Assembly: GCA_040081625.1 (NCBI GenBank)
Contig: JBEBGD010000004.1
Coordinates: 32,001-96,000, forward strand
Source: Chthoniobacteraceae bacterium
Lineage (GTDB): Bacteria > Verrucomicrobiota > Verrucomicrobiia > Chthoniobacterales > Chthoniobacteraceae
Reading direction: 5' to 3'
DNA: 64,000 nucleotides
Part shown: piece after piece, positions 28,859-35,842 of the stretch
Numbering within the stretch: position 1 is the first letter of the stretch
Layout of the letters: each line of letters starts with the position of its first letter
Translations under genes and position numbers: made by a program
The notes under the pieces: generated by a model
What the model saw: only the letters and a program-made list of their open reading frames with translations
The model's database searches: none
What the model was told of the DNA's origin: nothing

Positions 28859-29110
28859 GGCTTCATTGATTCAGCACAGGTGGTGAATGAGATCACCGAT
28901 AGACTCAATTAATTGTTCCTGTCGGTGAATAAACTCAGCATCAGACTCAATCAACTGAGCCAAAAGGTAAACTCATTCACCCATAGACTCATCAAATTGA
29001 GCTTGTCTGTGACCTGATTCATCAACAGGCTCAACTCACTGAGCCTAACGCTGAATCAATTCACCGATGCGCTCACCCGGCTGAGCCTTTTCCTGAATCA
29101 ACTCACCTCA
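28859..29110. repeat. AT-rich 42-bp-period array of alternating palindromes (5 full units + 1 degenerate)
   Basis: Units start at 28859, 28901, 28943, 28985, 29027 and 29069. Consensus AGRCTCA-N6-TGAGCC-N5-STGA-N6-TCACC. Confidence 0.9.
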
Positions 29111-29155
29111 TTTCCTACCGCTGCCAGAGTAAACATCCGTCCGATCCTCATTCCC

Positions 29156-29482
29156 ATGAACGACCAACCCAGCCCCGCCCCCGAATCCGCGCCCGACTAC
29201 CAATTCCCGCTGCGATTCTACGCCCAGCTCACCCACCCGCTGCGCATCTGGATCATCCGGCAACTCGCGCAAGGCGTGGAACTCTCGCCAAAGCACGTCG
29301 CCAAAGCCCGGGGCCGCAAATACCGCGCAGTGAACCTGCACTGCCAGAGCCTGCACGAAGCCGGCGTCGTCTCCTGGCGCCCCGGCAAAGACCGCCGCTG
29401 GGATGTCTATTTCATCCCCGAAGGAATCCGCCGCGAACCCGGCTGGCTCGACTACGGCTTCTGCCGCTTCCGAATCCAGTAA
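29156..29482 (+). CDS. Small winged helix-turn-helix protein (ArsR-like fold)
   Basis: LTHPLRIWIIRQLAQG...HVAK...NLHCQSLHEAGVV...RRWDVY; C-terminal LDYGFCRFR. Confidence 0.8.
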   Translation: MNDQPSPAPESAPDYQFPLRFYAQLTHPLRIWIIRQLAQGVELSPKHVAKARGRKYRAVNLHCQSLHEAGVVSWRPGKDRRWDVYFIPEGIRREPGWLDYGFCRFRIQ

Positions 29483-29594
29483 GCCCCCGCCGCCGGGGAG
29501 ACGCACGTTTTCGTGCTCGCCTTCCCCGCCGCGATCCGCTGTCCTGCGCAGCATTCGTCATGAAACCGACGCCGTCCCTGCTGTTCCTTGTCCT

Positions 29595-29621
29595 CGCTCC
29601 CAAGTTGGGGACTTGGGAGCG
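29595..29621. repeat. REP-like palindrome
   Basis: CGCTCCCAAGT-tgggg-ACTTGGGAGCG (11-bp stem, 5-nt loop). Confidence 0.8.
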
Positions 29622-29715
29622 GAACCTTGCGGCGGCAACTCCAGTTACCGTGGCGGGTGGTGGATGACCTTATCGGAACCCCATCGACCACTGCTTCACC
29701 GTCATACTCCACGCC

Positions 29716-30660
29716 ATGAGCGGAACACCACTTGTCAACCAATTCACCGGTCGCTGGATTTCGCAGCAGACGCGGGAGATCAACAACGAGTATTACATCC
29801 AGGTCCAAGCCCAAACGAGCGAGGCAGCGCTTCGCTGCCAGCGCGCACAGTTGAAGGCGCAGGTTGCAGCAGCAGCACTGAATCTGCGAGGCCAGATGGA
29901 ACTCGCGCAGCGGCAGGACACCGCGAACCAAATCCTCGGAGGGCTGGCAGGGGACATGGGCTCTCTGCTCGGTTTGGCAGAACAAATGAGTGGGCACCTC
30001 GAGTCCATCGAATCCACCTTGGAGAACGTCAACGCAACGATTCAGCAGGGCTTCGCGTCCGTGACCGCTGTGCTCGAAAGGGCCGTCACCGTGCTCGTGC
30101 AGCAGCAGAAAACCATCACGCAAATCGCCGACACACTTAGCAGACCCAACGAAACGGAAGCCCGTGAGTGTCTGCGCGACGGCCAGGTAATGTTGGATTC
30201 ATACATGCAAACTGAGGGGCGCGAGCAGCAGGAAAACGCAAAGGACGCGCTCCGGCTTTTCCACCGCGTTATAGACAATGAGATCGGCAAACAGAGCTAC
30301 GTGGCTTGGTTCAACATCGGCTATTTGCGCTGGCAACATCTGAAAGACGTAATGGAGGCAGAGGAGGCCTTTTTCCAAGCTCAACGTCTCAGCGGGATAA
30401 GGCAGGATTACGCGTGGCAGACACAGAGCCTTCGCCACATGGCCGAGATGCAACGATTGCAGGACCGGGTGGAGGAGGCTTATCACACGGTTCACCGCGC
30501 CCTCGCCATCAGCCGCGAATACGAGTCTCTTTTGTGTGCCGCGCGCTACGCGAAAAAAACTAGCAAGACCGAGGAGTTTATGACGCTGCTTGACGAATGC
30601 ATCGAAATGAGGCCGGAAACGATCATCACCATGTTTGCCGAGGAGGATTTCAAGGATTGA
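29716..30660 (+). CDS. Coiled-coil + TPR-like protein (probably N-terminal part of a frameshifted gene)
   Basis: Helical N-terminus and TPR-like AWFNIGYL..EAEEAFFQA; lower GC than flanks. Confidence 0.7.
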   Translation: MSGTPLVNQFTGRWISQQTREINNEYYIQVQAQTSEAALRCQRAQLKAQVAAAALNLRGQMELAQRQDTANQILGGLAGDMGSLLGLAEQMSGHLESIESTLENVNATIQQGFASVTAVLERAVTVLVQQQKTITQIADTLSRPNETEARECLRDGQVMLDSYMQTEGREQQENAKDALRLFHRVIDNEIGKQSYVAWFNIGYLRWQHLKDVMEAEEAFFQAQRLSGIRQDYAWQTQSLRHMAEMQRLQDRVEEAYHTVHRALAISREYESLLCAARYAKKTSKTEEFMTLLDECIEMRPETIITMFAEEDFKD

Positions 30661-31457
30661 GCGCTGCGCTTCAATCCCTCGCATCCCGCAGGCTCGCCAT
30701 TGGGCGCGAACGGGCGCTGAAGGCGCAGCGGGAACTGGCCGCAACTTTCGACCTCCTGCTTCTTGCTGAACGGGAGCACAATGTTGTTTTCCCTTGGTCG
30801 TGGCGGGAATATCAGACCCGACTCCGCGACGAGAAACAGTGCCAGGAGGCCGGCTACCTCGATTTACTCGCCATTGAGGCGGTCGCACACAAGACCAACG
30901 CGGAAGTGCTGGAAAAAGCACTCCGCTCCATGAATGAACGCCTTAAAGTGTTGCAAGATACTGTTGCCGAAGCACGACGAGAAATTGAAGTCCAGACGCA
31001 GAAGCACAACAAGGTGCTGGGAGATGCAAAAAACGTCCTGGCAGACGATCAAGGTGGTAGGCATATAAAACTTCCGGCGAAAAACATCCCTTCGCCATTG
31101 GAAGGAACGGGATGTTTTTTCGGGGTAGTAAGTGGTTTTTTCTTTGGGGGGTTAACTGGAGGGATCGTAAGCACATTTTTCCCTGACAGGGAAAAGGGAC
31201 TTATTTTATTTGTATGCATGTCCAGCTTTTATTTTTTTCCTCAGCTTATTGGCTATGTGGTTTGGCGAGTAAAGTGCCGTAATAGCGTGCGTAGCGCCAA
31301 TATTAGCGCGGCGTTTACGATTCGAGTGGAGAATCAGCAGTTTCAAGATCGCTTGCCGAGACTTCAACAACAGCTTGCAGAAGCCGAGAGAACTTTGCGG
31401 AGTTCCGGACTTGCGCAGACGGCGATACATACACGTTTGCAGGCTGCGGGGTCATGA
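30648..31457 (+). pseudogene. C-terminal part (coiled coil + 2 TM) of a probably frameshifted gene
   Basis: Open frame overlapping the end of the previous ORF with no convincing start. One extra T at 30648-30650 would fuse the two. Confidence 0.55.
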
Positions 31458-31477
31458 ACGGGGTTCCGCTCTTTTTC

Positions 31478-31514
31478 TCCTCGTTCCCAAACTTCATGAG
31501 TTTGGGAACGAGGA
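31478..31514. repeat. REP-like palindrome, same family as 29595-29621
   Basis: TCCTCGTTCCCAAACT-tcatg-AGTTTGGGAACGAGGA (16-bp stem, 5-nt loop). Confidence 0.85.
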
Positions 31515-31686
31515 AGCATGACTAGTTAGCGAGCGGACTTGTTGCGAATCGAGTAGAGGTGTCGGTCCATGCGTGGGCGGGGTCGGTCTGTGAATATCGC
31601 TCCCGATTGCGCATCGTTCGATGCGGCGAGCGGCACCTTCTGATAAAGGTTTGCCGCGTGAGAAACGTGAACATAAACTGCCCGGC

Positions 31687-31890
31687 ATGAGCACCGTCGC
31701 CGAAATCATCGATGCCGTGAAACTTCTCAACGAAGCGGAGAAGGACGAATTTCTCGACAGGCTGCGGGAGATCGAATTTGAGGATTCGTGGGACCGGCAG
31801 TTGGAAGCCGATGCGAAGGCAGGCAAGCTCGACTTCCTCGTGCGGGAAGCGGACGAAGCGGTGCTAAGCGAGACATTGCGCGATTGGCGA
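31687..31890 (+). pseudogene. Orphan antitoxin-like gene lacking its own stop codon (end approximate)
   Basis: MSTVAEII...DSWDRQLEADAKAGKLD. Promoter TTGCCG-N17-TAAACT 7 nt before the ATG. Reads through into the next antitoxin. Confidence 0.55.
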
Positions 31891-31962
31891 AGGGGTCGTG
31901 AGAATATTCTTGCTGTCCCGCGCCGCGTTGACTCCCCCTACCGCCGCGTGCATCCTGCCAGC

Positions 31963-32172
31963 ATGAGCACGCTCGCTGAAATCGAAGAAGTCCTGCCGAA
32001 ACTGAAACCGGAGGAGTTGATGCACGTCGAGGCGACATTGCACCGGCTCCAGCGTGAGCGCGGCGTGGGCGTGATCTTTGACGATGCTTACGGCGTGTGG
32101 ACCGAGGAGGATCAAGCGTCGGTGGCCGCGGAAGCGTGGTGTGTGATGGAGGATCAGCCGCCCAGGGCGTGA
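31963..32172 (+). CDS. Putative antitoxin
   Basis: MSTLAEIEE... with its own promoter TTGACT-N17-CATCCT; GTGA overlap with the toxin. Confidence 0.75.
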   Translation: MSTLAEIEEVLPKLKPEELMHVEATLHRLQRERGVGVIFDDAYGVWTEEDQASVAAEAWCVMEDQPPRA

Positions 32173-32486
32173 GCGAGCCGCAGCGTGGCGAAGTGTGGTG
32201 GGTCGATCTCGGCCTGGCGGGCAAGGTCCGGCCTGCTGTGGTGATGAGCGCGCCGATCGCGGATGATGACTTCGCCTTGCTGGCGACGATCCCGCACACG
32301 ACCTCGGCGCACCCGTCCCGATACGCCGTGCGAATCCAGCCGCCCGGGATGAAGGACGGCTTTTTCAATGTGCAGGCGCTGGCACCCGCGCCGCGGGCGA
32401 AGTTCATGCATCGGCTGGCAGTGCTGACGAGCGGGCAGATGGCGGAACTCGATGCGGCGGTGAAGCGCTGGCTTTGTCTGGATTGA
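32169..32486 (+). CDS. PemK/MazF-family toxin
   Basis: PQRGEVWWVDLGLAGKVRPAVVMS...IPHTT motif. Confidence 0.9.
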   Translation: MSEPQRGEVWWVDLGLAGKVRPAVVMSAPIADDDFALLATIPHTTSAHPSRYAVRIQPPGMKDGFFNVQALAPAPRAKFMHRLAVLTSGQMAELDAAVKRWLCLD

Positions 32487-32624
32487 CGACAGCGGGCTCC
32501 AGCGGCGTGTCGAGCGCCAGCTCCCTGCGCCCGAACCGGAATGTGAACAAGATCGCCAGATTTCGTTCCCGAGCTACGCGATCAGGCGGGTGACGCATCG
32601 GGGATTGCACGCACCTTCGCCGCC

Positions 32625-33524
32625 ATGAAATCCCTCGCCCTCCTCCTCGCTCTCGCCGTCGTCGCTCACGCAGAGACACGCACCGAGACTTACAAGACCA
32701 TCGGCGACGTGAAGCTCGACCTCATCATCCAGCTCCCCGACGGCTGGAAGGCGGAGGACAAACGGCCCGCGATCGTTTTCTTCTTCGGCGGCGGCTGGAC
32801 CGGCGGCTCGACCGGGCAGTTTGAAAACCAGGCGCGTTACCTCGCCTCGCGCGGCATGGTCGCGATGTGCGCGGACTATCGCGTCGCCTCGCGGCATCGG
32901 GTGAAAGCCGCCTCGTGCGTCGCCGATGCGAAGTCCGCGATGCGCTGGGTGCGCGCAAACGCCGCGAAGCTCGGCATCGATCCCGATCGTCTCGCTGCCG
33001 GCGGTGGCAGCGCGGGCGGACACCTCGCGGGCGCCGTCGCCACGCTCCCCGGCCTCGACGATCCCGCCGACGACAAGAGCGTGAACTGCGTGCCGAACGC
33101 GCTCGTGCTCTTCAACCCCGCGCTCGTCCTCGCGCCCGCCGACGGCGCGGACCTCTCCGGCTTCCTGCAAAAAGTCACCGCCGAGCGTTTCGGCTGCGAG
33201 CCCACGGAGATCTCGCCGCTTCACCACGTGAAAGCCGGCGCGCCGCCAACGATCATCTTCCACGGCAAAGCCGATACGACCGTGCCGTATTCGAGCGTCG
33301 AGCTTTTCACCGCGCGCATGACGAAGGCCGGCAACCGCTGCGAACTCGTCGGCGCGGACGGCCAGGCGCACGGCTATTTCAACTTCCGCGCTGGCAAGAC
33401 CGAGTTCGCCTACGCCACGCTCACCGCCGCCGACAAATTCCTCGCGAGCCTCGGCTGGCTCAAGGGCGAGCCGACCGTCGAGAAGTTCTTCACCGCCAAC
33501 CCACCCGCCGCCTTCAAAAAATGA
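32625..33524 (+). CDS. Secreted alpha/beta hydrolase (esterase/lipase)
   Basis: Signal peptide. FFGGGW, GGSAGGHLA, FHGKAD and HGYFN motifs. Confidence 0.92.
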   Translation: MKSLALLLALAVVAHAETRTETYKTIGDVKLDLIIQLPDGWKAEDKRPAIVFFFGGGWTGGSTGQFENQARYLASRGMVAMCADYRVASRHRVKAASCVADAKSAMRWVRANAAKLGIDPDRLAAGGGSAGGHLAGAVATLPGLDDPADDKSVNCVPNALVLFNPALVLAPADGADLSGFLQKVTAERFGCEPTEISPLHHVKAGAPPTIIFHGKADTTVPYSSVELFTARMTKAGNRCELVGADGQAHGYFNFRAGKTEFAYATLTAADKFLASLGWLKGEPTVEKFFTANPPAAFKK

Positions 33525-34792
33525 AACAGTTGATTCTCCTCCTCGCGCTCGCGGCCGCCGCCATCGCCGCTCCGCCAAATGTCGTGATGATCGTCTCCGA
33601 CGACCAGCACTGGGGCGACTACGGCTTCATGGGCCACCCGCAGATCAAGACGCCGCACCTCGATAAATTCGCGCGCGAAAGCCTCACCTTCCGCCGCGGC
33701 TACGTCCCCTCGAGCCTCTGCTGCCCGAGCCTCGCGACGATGATCACCGGCCGCTATCCGCACGAGCATCTCATCACCAGCAACGACCCCGCGAAACCCG
33801 CCGACATGAAGCCGCGCGAGTTCCAGACCTCGCAGGCGTTCAAGGACGGCCGCGCGCAGATGGTGAAGAACATCGAAGCCTGGCCCACGCTCCCGCGCCT
33901 GCTCGGCAAGGCCGGCTACAACAGCCTGCAGACCGGCAAATGGTGGCTCGGCGACTTCACCCACGGCGGCTTCACCCACGGCATGACCAAGGGCGGCCGC
34001 CACGGCGACGCCGGCCTCGACATCGGCCGCAAGTCCATGCAGCCGATCTACGATTTCATCGCGCAGTCGCGCAAGGACGCGAAGCCCTTCTTCGTCTGGT
34101 ATGCGCCGCTGATGCCGCACGACCCGCACACGCCGCCCGAGCGCATCCTCGCGAAGTATCGCGACAAGGCCCCGAGCGAGCACATCGCGAAGTATTGGGC
34201 GATGTGCGAGTGGTTCGACGAAACGTGCGGCGACCTCTTCGGCTACCTCGACCGCGAAGGCCTCGCGAAGGACACACTCGTCCTCTACGTCACGGACAAC
34301 GGCTGGATCACCGACCCGCAGACCGGTCGCTACGCGCCCAAGTCCAAGCAATCGCAATACGACGGCGGCCTGCGCACGCCGATCATGGTCCGCTGGCCGG
34401 GGAAGATCGCGCCGAAGATGAGCGACACGCCCGTCAGCTCGCTCGACCTTTTCCCCACCATCCTCAAAGCCTGCGGCGTCGCGCAGCCGAAAGACCTGCC
34501 CGGCATCGACCTCGCCGACGAGGCCGCCGTCGCCGCGCGCAAGACGCTCACCGGCGAATGCTTCACGCACAACTTCGTGGACATGGCCAAGCCGGCCACC
34601 AGCCTCCGCTGGCGCTGGATCCTCGAAGACGGCTGGAAGCTCATCGTCCCCGCCCCGCAAAACGAGAAGGGCGCGCCGGAACTCTACCGAGTGACCGACG
34701 ACCCGAACGAGGAGAAGAACGTCGCGAGCGCCGAGCCCGCGCGCGTCACCGCACTGCGAGCAAAGCTCGACGCGTGGTGGCCGGGGAACTGA
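33521..34792 (+). CDS. Sulfatase (S1 family, non-canonical CxPSL motif)
   Basis: PNVVMIVSDD, LCCPSLATMITG, GKWW and TDNG motifs; ATGA overlap. Confidence 0.9.
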   Translation: MKQLILLLALAAAAIAAPPNVVMIVSDDQHWGDYGFMGHPQIKTPHLDKFARESLTFRRGYVPSSLCCPSLATMITGRYPHEHLITSNDPAKPADMKPREFQTSQAFKDGRAQMVKNIEAWPTLPRLLGKAGYNSLQTGKWWLGDFTHGGFTHGMTKGGRHGDAGLDIGRKSMQPIYDFIAQSRKDAKPFFVWYAPLMPHDPHTPPERILAKYRDKAPSEHIAKYWAMCEWFDETCGDLFGYLDREGLAKDTLVLYVTDNGWITDPQTGRYAPKSKQSQYDGGLRTPIMVRWPGKIAPKMSDTPVSSLDLFPTILKACGVAQPKDLPGIDLADEAAVAARKTLTGECFTHNFVDMAKPATSLRWRWILEDGWKLIVPAPQNEKGAPELYRVTDDPNEEKNVASAEPARVTALRAKLDAWWPGN

Positions 34793-34832
34793 CGATCAAA
34801 CTCGCGCGCAGCGTTAGGAGACTGATGAGATA

Positions 34833-34914
34833 GTCCACAGATTTCACGGATGGACACAGATTCGTCCTGGCAATCCGTTCAGCTGCTCTGTGAAAATCGG
34901 TGCAATCTGTGGAC
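34833..34914. repeat. Intergenic inverted repeat of the CACAGATT family
   Basis: GTCCACAGATTTCACGGATGGACACAGA ... TCTGTGAAAATCGGTGCAATCTGTGGAC between convergent genes. Confidence 0.75.
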
Positions 34915-34947
34915 AACCACCGAGGCACCGAGTTTTTCAACAGGCTG

Positions 34948-35613
34948 CTAGCGCGCTTCAGCCTTTGGCTGCTCGGCTTCCGCGTGATTCGTGTCGGACT
35001 CCTCGCCGTCATCATCGTCGTCATCCAACTTCTGGAGTTCGTGCTCGGAATAGAAATGACGATGCCGGCGCGCCTTGGGCAGCGGCGCCAGAGTCATGAG
35101 CACACTGCGGCCTTGTAGCTTCGGCTCCTGCTCGACGCTCGCCATCTGCACGAGGTCCACCTTGATCTTGCCCATCAACTGCATGCCCAGATCCTGATGC
35201 GCCATCTCGCGACCGCGATACTGGAGCAGCACGCGAACCTTGTGGCCCTTGTCGAGGAACTCCTCCGCATGGCGCATCTTCGTGTCGTAATCGTGCTGGT
35301 CGATGTTCACGCGGAACTTAATCTCCTTCATCCGCGAAGCCACGGTGTGCTTCTTGTCCTTGTCGTGCTTGGCCTGCTCGTATTTGAACTTCCCGAAATC
35401 GACGATGCGGCACACGGGCGGCTCCGCTGTCGGTGCGACCTCCACCAGGTCGAGCCCCATCTCCAAAGCTTTCCTCAAAGCGTCCTGCGTTTTCATGACC
35501 CCGAGCTGTTCGCCCGTGGACGCTAATACTACGCGCACTTCACGCGCGCGAATCTTCCCGTTTACCCGAATGTTTTGGAGTTGGATGGCGTTGTTGTTTT
35601 TAGCGTCGCGCAC
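34948..35613 (-). CDS. infC: Translation initiation factor IF-3 (start uncertain)
   Basis: RVNGKIRAREVRVV, DLVEVAPTAEPPVCRIVDFGKFKYE, KEIKFR and RGREMAH motifs. Confidence 0.96.
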   Translation of the reverse strand: MRDAKNNNAIQLQNIRVNGKIRAREVRVVLASTGEQLGVMKTQDALRKALEMGLDLVEVAPTAEPPVCRIVDFGKFKYEQAKHDKDKKHTVASRMKEIKFRVNIDQHDYDTKMRHAEEFLDKGHKVRVLLQYRGREMAHQDLGMQLMGKIKVDLVQMASVEQEPKLQGRSVLMTLAPLPKARRHRHFYSEHELQKLDDDDDDGEESDTNHAEAEQPKAEAR

Positions 35614-35842
35614 CCGTGGAGCGGAAGATGCGGCGCGATGTTTTCCTGGTCTGGTAGTGGGCCCGTCTCAGCGCAGACTCGGCTTTCCAGCTTCATCTGC
35701 GGCTCCTTTTTCGACCGGCGCGCGGGAGACGGAGCCTCGCGTCGGCGGGTTGCGGAAAATACGCGCGCAACCGGGCGGGAGAATGTCCCGGAACGCGGAT
35801 GCGGCAAGGGAATTTTATCAATCGTTGCGGCAGGCCACGCGA

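Noticed and set aside
28859..29110. CRISPR array or TIGR array interpretation of the 42-bp repeat
   Set aside because: There is no invariant 23-50-nt repeat with unique long spacers and no cas gene. The neighbour is a wHTH rather than a Nop-domain Tas protein, and the variable segments are only about 6 nt.
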